The notes beneath the pieces were generated by a model, which was not told the origin of the DNA, did no database searches, and saw only the letters and a program-made list of their open reading frames with translations. The translations under genes were made by a program, and so were the position numbers. This document shows, piece by piece, positions 24,251-38,575 of a stretch of DNA of 64,000 nucleotides (the stretch's first letter is position 1; the number at the start of each line of letters is the position of its first letter). Origin of the DNA: Eledone cirrhosa (lineage: Eukaryota); NCBI GenBank assembly GCA_964016885.1, contig OZ024742.1, forward strand, positions 167,462,001 to 167,526,000, in the 5' to 3' direction.

Positions 24251-27200
24251 AATCAGGGGCAGATAATTTCCAGCCGTCCAAGGTAAGATAATTTCCAGCC
24301 CTCCAAGGGGCTATAATTTCCAGCATCCAAGGGGAGATAATTTCCAGCCGTCCAAGGGTAGATAATATCCAGCCGTCCAAGTAGACATATTTTCCAGCCG
24401 TCCAAGGAGAGGTAATTTCTAGCCGTCCAAGGGGAGATAAATTCCAGCCTCCAAGGGGAGATAATTTCCAGCCAGCCAAGGGGAGATAATTTGTACAAAA
24501 ATCAGGGGGAGATAATTTGTAAAAAAAATCAGGGGGAGATAATTTGTAAAAAAAAAATCAGGGGGAGATAATTTGTAAAAAAAAATCAGGGGGAGATAAT
24601 TTGTAAAAAAAAATCAGGGGGAGATAATTTCCAGCCGTCCAAGGGGAGATAATTTCCAGCCGTCCAAGGGTAGATAATATCCAGCCGTCCAAGTAGACAT
24701 TTTCCAGCCGTCCAAGGAGGGGTATTTCTAGCCGTCCAAGGGGAGATAAATTCCAGCCTCCAAGGGAAGATAATTTCCAGCCAGCCAAGGGGAGATAATT
24801 TGTAAAAAAATCAGGGGGAGATAATTTGTAAAAAAAATCAGGGGGAGATAATTTGTAAAAAAAAATCAGGGGGAGATAATTTGTAAAAAAAATCAGGGGG
24901 AGATAATTTGTAAAAAAAATCAAGGGGAGATAATTTCCAGCCGTCCAAGGGGAGATAATTTTCAGCCGTCCAAGGGGAGATAATTTCCAGCCGTCCAAGG
25001 GGAGATAATTTCCAGCCGTCCAAGGGGAGATAATTTTCAGCCGTCCAAGGGGAGATAATTTCCAGCCGTCCAAGGGAAGATAATTTCCAGCCGTCCAAGG
25101 GGAAATAATTTTTTTAAAAAAATCAGGCGGAGATAATTTGTAAAAAAAATCAGGGGGAGATAATTTGTAAAAAAAAATCAGGGGGAGATAATTTGTAAAA
25201 AAAAATCAGGGGGAGATAATTTCCAGCCGTCCAAGGTAAGATAATTTCCAGCCCTCCAAGGGGCTATAATTTCCAGCATCCAAGGGGAGATAATTTCCAG
25301 CCGTCCAAGGGTAGATAATATCCAGCCGTCCAAGTAGACATATTTTCCAGCCGTCCAAGGAGAGGTAATTTCTAGCCGTCCAAGGGGAGATAAATTCCAG
25401 CCTCCAAGGGGAGATAATTTCCAGCCAGCCAAGGGGAGATAATTTGTAAAAAAATCAGGGGGAGATAATTTGTAAAAAAAATCAGGGGGAGATAATTTGT
25501 AAAAAAAAATCAGGGGGAGATAATTTGTAAAAAAAAATCAGGGGGAGATAATTTGTAAAAAAAAATCAGGGGGAGATAATTTCCAGCCGTTCAAGGGGAG
25601 ATAATTTTCAGCCGTCCAAGGGTAGATAATATCCAGCCGTCCAAGTAGACATTTTCCAGCCGTCCAAGGAGAGGTAATTTCTAGCCGTCCAAGGGGAGAT
25701 AAATTCCAGCCTCCAAGGGGAGATAATTTCCAGCCAGCCAAGGGGAGATAATTTGTAAAAAAATCAGGGGGAGATAATTTGTAAAAAAAATCAGGGGGAG
25801 ATAATTTGTAAAAAAAAATCAGGGGGAGATAATTTGTAAAAAAAAATCAGGGGGAGATAATTTGTAAAAAAAAATCAGGGGGAGATAATTTCCAGCCCTC
25901 CAAGGGGAGATAATTTTCAGCCGTCCAAGGGGAGATAATTTCCAGCCGTCCAAGGGGAGATAATTTCCATCCTTCCAAGGGGAGATAATTTCCAGCCGTC
26001 CAAGGGGAGATAATTTTCAGTCGTCCAAGGGGAGATAATTTCCCGCCAGCCAAGGGAAGATAATATTTTAAAAAATCAGGCGGAGATAATTTGTAAAAAA
26101 AATCAGGGGGAGATAATTTGTAAAAAAATCAGGGGGAGATAATTTGTAAAAAAAAAATCAGGGGGAGATAATTTGTAAAAAAAATCAGGGGGAGATAATT
26201 TGTAAAAAAAAAATCAGGGGTAGATAATTTGTAAAAAAAAATCAGGGGGAGATAATTTGTAAAAAAAAAATCAGGGGGAGATAATTTGTAAAAAAAATCA
26301 GGGGGAGATAATTTGTAAAAAAAAATCAGGGGGAGATAATTTCCAGCCGTCCAAGGGGAGATAATTTTCATCCGTCCAAGGGGAGATAATTTCCCGCCAG
26401 CCAAGGGAAGATAATATTTAAAAAAATCAGGCGGAGATAATTTGTAAAAAAAATCAGGGGGAGATAATTTGTAAAAAAATCAGGGGGAGATAATTTGTAA
26501 AAAAAATCAAGGGGAGATAATTTCCAGCCGTCCAAGGGGAGGTAATATCTAGCCGTCCAAGGGGAGATAATTTCCAGCCGTCCAACAGGAGATAATTTCC
26601 AGCCGTCCAAGGGTAGATAATATCCAGCCGTCCAAGGAGACATATTTTCCAGCCGTCCAAGGAGAGGTAATTTCTAGCCGTCCAAGGGGAGATAAATTCC
26701 AGCCTCCAAGGGGAGATAATTTCCAGCCAGCCAAGGGGAGATAATTTGTAAAAAAAATCAGGGGGAGATAATTTGTAAAAAAAATCAGGGGGAGATAATT
26801 TGTAAAAAAAAATCAGGGGGAGATAATTTGTAAAAAAAATCAGGGGGAGATAATTTGTAAAAAAAAATCAAGGGGAGATAATTTCCAGCCGTCCAAGGGG
26901 AGATAATTTTCAGCCGCCCAAGGGGAGATAATTTCCCGCCAGCCAAGGGAAGATAATATTTAAAAAATCAGGCGGAGATAATTTGTAAAAAAAATCAGGG
27001 GGAGATAATTTGTAAAAAAAAATCAGGGGGAGATAATTTGTAAAAAAAAATCAGGGGGAGATAATTTGTAAAAAAAATCAAGGGGAGATAATTTCCAGCC
27101 GTCGAAGGGAAGATAATTTCCAGCCCTCCAAGGGGCTATAATTTCCAGCGTCCAAGGGGAGATAATTTCCAGCCGTCCAAGGGGAGATAATTTCCAGCCG

Positions 27201-30200
27201 TCCAAGGGTAGATAATATCCAGCCGTCCAAGTAGACATTTTCCAGCCGTCCAAGGAGAGGTAATTTCTAGCCGTCCAAGGGGAGATAAATTCCAGCCTCC
27301 AAGGGAAGATAATTTCCAGCCAGCCAAGGGGAGATAATTTGTAAAAAAATCAGGGGGAGATAATTTGTAAAAAAAAATCAGGGGGAGATAATTTGTAAAA
27401 AAAAATCAGGGGGAGATAATTTGTAAAAAAAAATCAGGGGGAGATAATTTGTAAAAAAAATCAGGGGGAGATAATTTGTAAAAAAAATCAAGGGGAGATA
27501 ATTTCCAGCCGTCCAAGGGGAGATAATTATCAGCCGTCCAAGGGGAGATAATTTCCAGCCGTCCAAGGGGAGATAATTTCCATCCTTCCAAGGGGAGATA
27601 ATTTCCAGCCGTCCAAGGGGAGATAATTTTCAGCCGTCCAAGGGGAGATAATTTCCCGCCAGCCAAGGGAAGATAATATTTTAAAAAATCAGGCGGAGAT
27701 AATTTGTAAAAAAAATCAGGGGGAGATAATTTGTAAAAAAATCAGGGGGAGATAATTTGTAAAAAAAAAATCAGGGGGAGATAATTTGTAAAAAAAATCA
27801 GGGGGAGATAATTTGTAAAAAAAAATCAGGGGTAGATAATTTGTAAAAAAAAATCAGGGGGAGATAATTTGTAAAAAAAAAATCAGGGGGAGATAATTTG
27901 TAAAAAAAATCAAGGGGAGATAATTTCCAGCCGTCCAAGGAGAGATAATTTTTAAAAAAAATCAGGCGGAGATAATTTGTAAAAAAAATCAAGGGGAGAT
28001 AATTTGTAAAAAAAAATCAGGGGGAGATAATTTGTAAAAAAAATCAAGGGGAGATAATTTCCAGCCGTCCAAGGGAAGATAATTTCCAGCACTCCAACGG
28101 GCTATAATTTGCAGTGTCCAAGGGGAGATAATTTCCAGCCAGCGAAGGGGAGATAATTTTTTTAAAAAAATCAGGGGGAGATATGTAAAAAAAATCAGAG
28201 GGAGATAATTTCTAAAAAAAATCAAAGGGAGATAATTTCCAGCCGTCCAAAGAGAGATAATTTCTAGCCGTCCAAGGGGAGATAATTTCCAGCCAAGGGG
28301 AGATAATTTCCAGCCGTCCAAGGGGAGATAATTATTTAAAAAATCAGGTGGAGATAATTTGTAAAAAAAATCAGGGGGAGATAATTTGTAAAAACAAAAT
28401 CAAGGGCAGATAATTTCCAGCTGTCCAAGGGGAGATAATTTCCAGCCGTGCAAGGGGAGATAATTTCCAGCCGTCCAAGGGGAGATAATTTCCATCCTTC
28501 CAAGGGGAGATAATTTCCAGCCGTCCAAGGGGAGATAATTTCCCGCCAGCCAAGGAAAGATAATTTTTTAAAAAATCAGGCGGAGATTGTAAAAAAAATC
28601 AGGGGGAGATAATTTGTAAAAAAATCAGGAGGAGATAATTTGTAAAAAAATCAAGGGGAGATAATTTCCAGCTGTCCAAGGGGAGGTAATATCTAGCCGT
28701 CCAAGGGGAGATAATTTTCAGCCGTCCAAGGGGAGATAATTTCCAGCCGTCCAAGGGTAGATAATATCCAGCCGTCCAAGGAGACATATTTTCCAGCCGT
28801 CCAAGGAGAGGTAATTTCTAGCCGTCCAAGTGGAGATAAATTCCAGCCTCCAAGGGGAGATAATTTCCAGCCAGCCAAGGGGAGATAATTTGTAAAAAAA
28901 TCAGGGGGAGATAATTTGTAAAAAAAATCAGGGGGAGATAATTTGTAAAAAAAAATCAGGGGGAGATAATTTGTAAAAAAAATCAGGGGGAGATAATTTG
29001 TAAAAAAAATCAAGGGGAGATAATTTCCAGCCGTCCAAGGAGAGATAATTTAAAAAAAAAATCAGGCGGAGATAATTTGTAAAAAAAAATCAGGGGGAGA
29101 TAATTTGTAAAAAAAAATCAGGGGGAGATAATTTGTAAAAAAAATCAAGGGGAGATAATTTCCAGCCGTCCAAGGGGAGATAATTTTCAGCCGTCCAAGG
29201 GGAGATAATTTCCAGCCGTCCAAGGGGAGATAATTTTAAAAAAAAATCAGGCGGTGATAATTTGTAAAAAAAATCAAGGGTAGATAATTTGCAACCGTCC
29301 AAGGGGACATAATTTTCAGTCGTCCAAGGAGAGGTAATTTCTAGCCGTACAAGGGGAGATAATTTCCAGCCGTCCAAGGGGAGATAATTTCCAGCCGTCC
29401 AAGGGGAGATAATTTTTTTTTAAAAATCAGGCGGAGATAATTTGTAAAAAAAAAATCAGGGGGAGATAATTTGTAAAAAAAATCAGGGGGAGATAATTTG
29501 TAAAAAAAAATCAGGGGGAGATAATTTGTAAAAAAAATCAAGGGGAGATAATTTCCAGCCGTCCAAGGGAAGATAATTTCCAGCCCTCCAAGGGGCTATA
29601 ATTTCCAGCGTCCAAGGGGAGATAATTTCCAGCCAGCGAAGGGGAGATAATTGTTTTAAAAAAATCATTGGGAGATTTGTAAAAAAAATCAGGGGGAGAT
29701 AATTAATAAAAAAAATCAAGGGGAGATAATTCCCAGCCGTCCAAGGGGAGGTAATATCTAGCCGTCCAAGGGGAGATAATTTCCAGCCGTCCAAGGGGAG
29801 ATAATTTCCAGCCGTCCAAGGGTAGATAATATCCAGCCGTCCAAGGAGACATATTTTCCAGCCGTCCAAGGAGAGGTAATTTCTAGCCGTCCAAGGGGAG
29901 ATAAATTCCAGCCTCCAAGGGGAGATAATTTCCAGCCAGCCAAGGGGAGATAATTTGTAAAAAAATCAGGGGGAGATAATTTGTAAAATAAATCAGGGGT
30001 AGATAATTTGTAAAAAAAAATCAGGGGGAGATAATTTGTAAAAAAAAATCAGGGGGAGATAATTTGTAAAAAAAATCAAGGGGAGATAATTTCCAGCCGT
30101 CCAAGGAGAGATAATTTAAAAAAAAAATCAGGCGGAGATAATTTGTAAAAAAAAATCAGGGGGAGATAATTTGTAAAAAAAAATCAGGGGGAGATAATTT

Positions 30201-32374
30201 GTAAAAAAAATCAAGGGGAGATAATTTCCAGCCGTCCAAGGGGAGATAATTTCCAGCCGTCCAAGGGGAAATAATTTTTTTAAAAAAATCAGGCGGAGAT
30301 AATTTGTAAAAAAAATCAGGGGGAGATAATTTGTAAAAAAAAATCAGGGGGAGATAATTTGTAAAAAAAAATCAGGGGGAGATAATTTCCAGCCGTCCAA
30401 GGTAAGATAATTTCCAGCCCTCCAAGGGGCTATAATTTCCAGCATCCAAGGGGAGATAATTTCCAGCCGTCCAAGGGTAGATAATATCCAGCCGTCCAAG
30501 TAGACATATTTTCCAGCCGTCCAAGGAGAGGTAATTTCTAGCCGTCCAAGGGGAGATAAATTACAGCCTCCAAGGGGAGATAATTTCCAGCCGTCCAAGG
30601 GGAGATAATTTAAAAAAAAAAACAGGCGAAGATAATTTGTAAAAAAAAAATCAGGGGGAGATAATTTGTAAAAAAAAATCAGGGGGAGATAATTTGTAAA
30701 AAAAAATCAGGGGGAGGTAATTTGTGAAAAAAAATCAAGGGGAGATAATTTCCAGCCGTCCAAGGGAAGATAATTTCCAGCCCTCCAAGGGGCTATAATT
30801 TCCAGCGTCCAAGGGGAGATAATTTCCAGCCAGCGAAGGGGAGATAATTTTTTTTTTTTTAAATCAGGGGGACATAATTTGTAAAAAAAATCAGGGGGAG
30901 ATAATTTGTAAAAAAAATCAAGGGGAGATAATTTTTAAAAAAAAATCAGGGGGAGATAATTTGTAAAAAAAAATCAGGGGGAGATAATTTGTAAAAAAAA
31001 TCAAGGGGAGATAATTTGTAAAAAAAAATCAAGGGGAGATAATTTCCAGCCGTCCAAGGGGAGATAATTTTCAGCCGTCCAAGGGGAGATAATTTCCCGC
31101 CAGCCAAGGAAAGATAATATTTAAAAAAATCAGGCGGAGATAATTTGTAAAAAAAATCAGGGGGAGATAATTTGTAAAAAAATCAGGGGGAGATAATTTG
31201 TAAAAAAAAAATCAGGGGGAGATAATTTGTAAAAAAAATCAGGGGGAGATAATTTGTAAAAAAAAATCAGGGGGAGATAATTTGTAAAAAAAAATCAGGG
31301 GGAGATAATTTGTAAAAAAAATCAATTGGAGATAATTTCCAGCCGTCCAAGGGGAGATAATTTTCAGCCGTCCAAGGAGAGGTAATTTCTAGACGTCCAA
31401 GGGGAGATAATTTCCAGCCGTCCAAGGGGAGATAATTTCCAGCCGTCCAAGGGTAGATAATATCCAGCCGTCCAAGGAGACATATTTTCCAGCTTTCCAA
31501 GGAGAGGTAATTTCTAGCCGTCCAAGGGGAGATAAATTCCAGCCTCCAAGGGGAGATAATTTCCAGCCAGCCAAGGGGAGATAATTTGTAAAAAAATCAG
31601 GGGGAGATAATTTGTAAAAAAAAATCAGGGGCAGATAATTTGTAAAAAAAATCAGGGGGAGATAATTTGTAAAAAAAATCAGGGGGAGATAATTTGTAAA
31701 AAAAATCAAGGGGAGATAATTTCCAGCCGTCCAAGGGGAGATAATTTTCAGCCGTCCAAGGGGAGATAATTTCCCGCCAGCCAAGGGAAGATAATATTTA
31801 AAAAATGAGGCGGAGATAATTTGTAAAAAAAATCAGGGGGAGATAATTTGTAAAAAAATCAGGGGGAGATAATTTGTAAAAAAAAAATCAGGGAGAGATA
31901 ATTTGTAAAAAAAATCAGGGGGAGATAATTTGTAAAAAAAAATCAGGGGTAGATAATTTGTAAAAAAAAATCAGGGGGAGATAATTTGTAAAAAAAATCA
32001 GGGGGAGATAATTTGTAAAAAAAATCAAGGGGAGATAATTTCCAGCCGTCCAAGGGAAGATAATTTCAAGCCCTCCAAGGGGCTATAATTTCCAGTGTCC
32101 AAGGGGAGATAATTTCCAGCCAGCGAAGGGGAGATAATTTTTTTTTTTAAATCAGGGGGAGATTTGTACAAAAAATCAGGGGGAGATAATTTGTAAAAAA
32201 AATCAAAGGGAGATAATTTCCAGCCGTCCAAAGAGAGATAATTTCTAGCCGTCCAAGGGGAGATATTTCGAGCCAAGGGGAGATAATTTCCAGCCGTCCA
32301 AGGGGAGATAATTTTTTAAAAAATCAGGTGGAGATAATTTGTAAAAAAAATCAGGGGGAGATAATTTGTAAAAA

Positions 32375-35300
32375 CAATATCAAGGGCAGATAATTTCCAG
32401 CTGTCCAAGGGGAGATAATTTCCAGCCGTGCAAGGGGAGATAATTTCCAGCCGTCCAAGGGGAGATAATTTCCATCCTTCCAAGGGGAGATAATTTCCAG
32501 CCGTCCAAGGGGAGATAATTTCCCGCCAGCCAAGGGAAGATAATTTTTTAAAAAATCAGGCGGAGATTGTAAAAAAAATCAGGGGGAGATAATTTGTAAA
32601 AAAATCAGGGGGAGATAATTTCCAGCTGTCCAAGGGGAGGTAATATCTAGCCGTCCAAGGGGAGATAATTTCCAGCCGTCCAAGGGGAGATAAATTCCAT
32701 CCGTCCAAGGGTAGATAATATCCAGCCGTCCAAGGAGACATATTTTCCAGCCGTCCAAGGAGAGGTAATTTCTAGCCGTCCAAGTGGAGATAAATTCCAG
32801 CCTCCAAGGGGAGATAATTTCCAGCCAGCCAAGGGGAGATAATTTGTAAAAAAATCAGGGGGAGATAATTTGTAAAAAAAATCAGGGGGAGATAATTTGT
32901 AAAAAAAAATCAGGGGGAGATAATTTGTAAAAAAAATCAGGGGGAGATAATTTGTAAAAAAAATCAAGGGGAGATAATTTCCAGCCGTCCAAGGAGAGAT
33001 AATTTTAAAAAAAAATCAGGCGGAGATAATTTGTAAAAAAAAATCAGGGGGAGATAATTTGTAAAAAAAAATCAGGGGGAGATAATTTGTAAAAAAAATC
33101 AAGGGGAGATAATTTCCAGCCGTCCAAGGGGAGATAATTTTCAGCCGTCCAAGGGGAGATAATTTCCAGCCGTCCAAGGGGAGATAATTTTAAAAAAAAA
33201 TCAGGCGGAGATAATTTGTAAAAAAAATCAAGGGGAGATAATTTGCAACCGTCCAAGGGGACATAATTTTCAGTCGTCCAAGGAGAGGTAATTTCTAGCC
33301 GTACAAGGGGAGATAATTTCCAGCCGTCCAAGGGGAGATAATTTCCAGCCGTCCAAGGGGAGATAATTTTTTTTTAAAAATCAGGCGGAGATAATTTGTA
33401 AAAAAAAAATCAGGGGGAGATAATTTGTAAAAAAAAATCAGGGGGAGATAATTTGTAAAAAAAAATCAGGGGGAGATAATTTGTAAAAAAAATCAAGGGG
33501 AGATAATTTCCAGCCGTCCAAGGGAAGATAATTTCCAGCCCTCCAAGGGGCTATAATTTCCAGCGTCCAAGGGGAGATAATTTCCAGCCAGCGAAGGGGA
33601 GATAATTGTTTAAAAAAAATCATTGGGAGATTTGTAAAAAAAATCAGGGGGAGATAATTAATAAAAAAAATCAAGGGGAGATAATTTCCAGCCGTCCAAG
33701 GGGAGGTAATATCTAGCCGTCCAAGGGGAGATAATTTCCAGCCGTCCAAGGGGAGATAATTTCCAGCCGTCCAAGGGTAGATAATATCCAGCCGTCCAAG
33801 GAGACATATTTTCCAGCCGTCCAAGGAGAGGTAATTTCTAGCCGTCCAAGGGGAGATAAATTCCAGCCTCCAAGGGGAGATAATTTCCAGCCAGCCAAGG
33901 GGAGATAATTTGTAAAAAAATCAGGGGGAGATAATTTGTAAAAAAAATCAGGGGTAGATAATTTGTAAAAAAAAATCAGGGGGAGATAATTTGTAAAAAA
34001 AAATCAGGGGGAGATAATTTGTAAAAAAAATCAAGGGGAGATAATTTCCAGCCGTCCAAGGAGAGATAATTTTAAAAAAAAATCAGGCGGAGATAATTTG
34101 TAAAAAAAAATCAGGGGGAGATAATTTGTAAAAAAAAATCAGGGGGAGATAATTTGTAAAAAAAATCAAGGGGAGATAATTTCCAGCCGTCCAAGGGGAG
34201 ATAATTTCCAGCCGTCCAAGGGGAGATAATTTTTTTAAAAAAATCAGGCGGAGATAATTTGTAAAAAAAATCAGGGGGAGATAATTTGTAAAAAAAAATC
34301 AGGGGGAGATAATTTGTAAAAAAAAATCAGGGGGAGATAATTTCCAGCCGTCCAAGGTAACATAATTTCCAGCCCTCCAAGGGGCTATAATTTCCAGCAT
34401 CCAAGGGGAGATAATTTCCAGCCGTCCAAGGGTAGATAATATCCAGCCGTCCAAGTAGACATATTTTCCAGCCGTCCAAGGAGAGGTAATTTCTAGCCGT
34501 CCAAGGGGAGATAAATTCCAGCCTCCAAGGGGAGATAATTTCCAGCCAGCCAAGGGGAGATAATTTGTAAAAAAATCAGGGGGAGATAATTTGTAAAAAA
34601 AATCAGGGGGAGATAATTTGTAAAAAAAAATCAGGGGGAGATAATTTGTAAAAAAAAATCAGGGGGAGATAATTTGTAAAAAAAAATCAGGGGGAGATAA
34701 TTTCCAGCCGTCCAAGGGGAGATAATTTCCAGCCGTCCAAGGGTAGATAATATCCAGCCGTCCAAGTAGACATTTTCCAGCCGTCCAAGGAGGGGTAATT
34801 TCTAGCCGTCCAAGGGGAGATAAATTCCAGCCTCCAAGGGAAGATAATTTCCAGCCAGCCAAGGGGAGATAATTTGTAAAAAAATCAGGGGGAGATAATT
34901 TGTAAAAAAAATCAGGGGGAGATAATTTGTAAAAAAAAATCAGGGGGAGATAATTTGTAAAAAAAATCAGGGGGAGATAATTTGTAAAAAAAATCAAGGG
35001 GAGATAATTTCCAGCCGTCCAAGGGGAGATAATTTTCAGCCGTCCAAGGGGAGATAATTTCCAGCCGTCCAAGGGGAGATAATTTCCATCCTTCCAAGGG
35101 GAGATAATTTCCAGCCGTCCAAGGGGAGATAATTTTCAGCCGTCCAAGGGGAGATAATTTCCAGCCGTCCAAGGGGAGATAATTTCCAGCCGTCCAAGGG
35201 GAAATAATTTTTTTAAAAAAATCAGGCGGAGATAATTTGTAAAAAAAATCAGGGGGAGATAATTTGTAAAAAAAAATCAGGGGGAGATAATTTGTAAAAA

Positions 35301-38300
35301 AAAATCAGGGGGAGATAATTTCCAGCCGTCCAAGGTAAGATAATTTCCAGCCCTCCAAGGGGCTATAATTTCCAGCATCCAAGGGGAGATAATTTCCAGC
35401 CGTCCAAGGGTAGATAATATCCAGCCGTCCAAGTAGACATATTTTCCAGCCGTCCAAGGAGAGGTAATTTCTAGCCGTCCAAGGGGAGATAAATTCCAGC
35501 CTCCAAGGGGAGATAATTTCCAGCCAGCCAAGGGGAGATAATTTGTAAAAAAATCAGGGGGAGATAATTTGTAAAAAAAATCAGGGGGAGATAATTTGTA
35601 AAAAAAAATCAGGGGGAGATAATTTGTAAAAAAAAATCAGGGGGAGATAATTTGTAAAAAAAAATCAGGGGGAGATAATTTCCAGCCGTCCAAGGGGAGA
35701 TAATTTTCAGCCGTCCAAGGGTAGATAATATCCAGCCGTCCAAGTAGACATTTTCCAGCCGTCCAAGGAGAGGTAATTTCTAGCCGTCCAAGGGGAGATA
35801 AATTCCAGCCTCCAAGGGGAGATAATTTCCAGCCAGCCAAGGGGAGATAATTTGTAAAAAAATCAGGGGGAGATAATTTGTAAAAAAAAATCAGGGGGAG
35901 ATAATTTGTAAAAAAAAATCAGGGGGAGATAATTTGTAAAAAAAAATCAGGGGGAGATAATTTGTAAAAAAAATCAAGGGGAGATAATTTCCAGCCCTCC
36001 AAGGGGAGATAATTTTCAGCCGTCCAAGGGGAGATAATTTCCAGCCGTCCAAGGGGAGATAATTTCCATCCTTCCAAGGGGAGATAATTTCCAGCCGTCC
36101 AAGGGGAGATAATTTTCAGTCGTCCAAGGGGAGATAATTTCCCGCCAGCCAAGGGAAGATAATATTTTAAAAAATCAGGCGGAGATAATTTGTAAAAAAA
36201 ATCAGGGGGAGATAATTTGTAAAAAAATCAGGGGGAGATAATTTGTAAAAAAAAAATCAGGGGGAGATAATTTGTAAAAAAAATCAGGGGGAGATAATTT
36301 GTAAAAAAAAAATCAGGGGTAGATAATTTGTAAAAAAAAATCAGGGGGAGATAATTTGTAAAAAAAAAATCAGGGGGAGATAATTTGTAAAAAAAATCAG
36401 GGGGAGATAATTTGTAAAAAAAAATCAGGGGGAGATAATTTCCAGCCGTCCAAGGGGAGATAATTTTCAGCCGTCCAAGGGGAGATAATTTCCCGCCAGC
36501 CAAGGGAAGATAATATTTAAAAAAATCAGGCGGAGATAATTTGTAAAAAAAATCAGGGGGAGATAATTTGTAAAAAAATCAGGGGGAGATAATTTGTAAA
36601 AAAAATCAAGGGGAGATAATTTCCAGCCGTCCAAGGGGAGGTAATATCTAGCCGTCCAAGGGGAGATAATTTCCAGCCGTCCAACAGGAGATAATTTCCA
36701 GCCGTCCAAGGGTAGATAATATCCAGCCGTCCAAGGAGACATATTTTCCAGCCGTCCAAGGAGAGGTAATTTCTAGCCGTCCAAGGGGAGATAAATTCCA
36801 GCCTCCAAGGGGAGATAATTTCCAGCCAGCCAAGGGGAGATAATTTGTAAAAAAAATCAGGGGGAGATAATTTGTAAAAAAAATCAGGGGGAGATAATTT
36901 GTAAAAAAAAATCAGGGGGAGATAATTTGTAAAAAAAATCAGGGTGAGATAATTTGTAAAAAAAAATAAAGGGGAGATAATTTCCAGCCGTCCAAGGGGA
37001 GATAATTTTCAGCCGCCCAAGGGGAGATAATTTTCCGCCAGCCAAGGGAAGATAATATTTAAAAAATCAGGCGGAGATAATTTGTAAAAAAAATCAGGGG
37101 GAGATAATTTGTAAAAAAATCAGGGGGAGATAATTTGTAAAAAAAAAATCAGGGGGAGATAATTTGTAAAAGAAATCAGGGGGAGATGATTTGTAAAAAA
37201 AAATCAGGGGTAGATAATTTGTAAAAAAAAATCAGGGGGAGATAATTTGTAAAAAAAAATCAGGGGGAGATAATTTGTAAAAAAAATCAAGGGGAGATAA
37301 TTTCCAGCCGTCGAAGGGAAGATAATTTCCAGCCCTCCAAGGGGCAATAATTTCCAGCGTCCAAGGGGAGATAATTTCCAGCCGTCCAAGGGGAGATAAT
37401 TTCCAGCCGTCCAAGGATAGATAATATCCAGCCGTCCAAGTAGACATTTTCCAGCCGTCCAAGGAGAGGTAATTTCTAGCCGTCCAAGGGGAGATAAATT
37501 CCAGCCTCCAAGGGAAGATAATTTCCAGCCAGCCAAGGGGAGATAATTTGTAAAAAAATCAGGGGGAGATAATTTGTAAAAAAAAATCAGGGGGAGATAA
37601 TTTGTAAAAAAAAATCAGGGGGAGATAATTTGTAAAAAAAATCAGGGGGAGATAATTTGTAAAAAAAATCAAGGGGAGATAATTTCCAGCCGTCCAAGGG
37701 GAGATAATTATCAGCCGTCCAAGGGGAGATAATTTCCAGCCGTCCAAGGGGAGATAATTTCCATCCTTCCAAGGGGAGATAATTTCCAGCCGTCCAAGGG
37801 GAGATAATTTTCAGCCGTCCAAGGGGAGATAATTTCCCGCCAGCCAAGGGAAGATAATATTTTAAAAAATCAGGCGGAGATAATTTGTAAAAAAAATCAG
37901 GGGGAGATAATTTGTAAAAAAATCAGGGGGAGATAATTTGTAAAAAAAAAATCAGGGGGAGATAATTTGTAAAAAAAATCAGGGGGAGATAATTTGTAAA
38001 AAAAAATCAGGGGTAGATAATTTGTAAAAAAAAATCAGGGGGAGATAATTTGTAAAAAAAAAATCAGGGGGAGATAATTTGTAAAAAAAATCAAGGGGAG
38101 ATAATTTCCAGCCGTCCAAGGAGAGATAATTTTTTAAAAAAATCAGGCGGAGATAATTTGTAAAAAAAATCAAGGGGAGATAATTTGTAAAAAAAAATCA
38201 GGGGGAGATAATTTGTAAAAAAAATCAAGGGGAGATAATTTCCAGCCGTCCAAGGGAAGATAATTTCCAGCACTCCAACGGGCTATAATTTGCAGTGTCC

Positions 38301-38575
38301 AAGGGGAGATAATTTCCAGCCAGCGAAGGGGAGATAATTTTTTTAAAAAAATCAGGGGGAGATATGTAAAAAAAATCAGAGGGAGATAATTTCTAAAAAA
38401 AATCAAAGGGAGATAATTTCCAGCCGTCCAAAGAGAGATAATTTCTAGCCGTCCAAGGGGAGATAATTTCCAGCCAAGGGGAGATAATTTCCAGCCGTCC
38501 AAGGGGAGATAATTATTTAAAAAATCAGGTGGAGATAATTTGTAAAAAAAATCAGGGGGAGATAATTTGTAAAAA
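32375..38575 (+). repeat. Representative ~6.2-kb higher-order repeat (HOR) unit
   Basis: Interval between two AAAACAA(A/T)ATCAAGG(G/T)CAG landmarks. It holds the recurring block order without the extra rearrangements seen in other units. Calling it canonical is an inference. Confidence 0.7.
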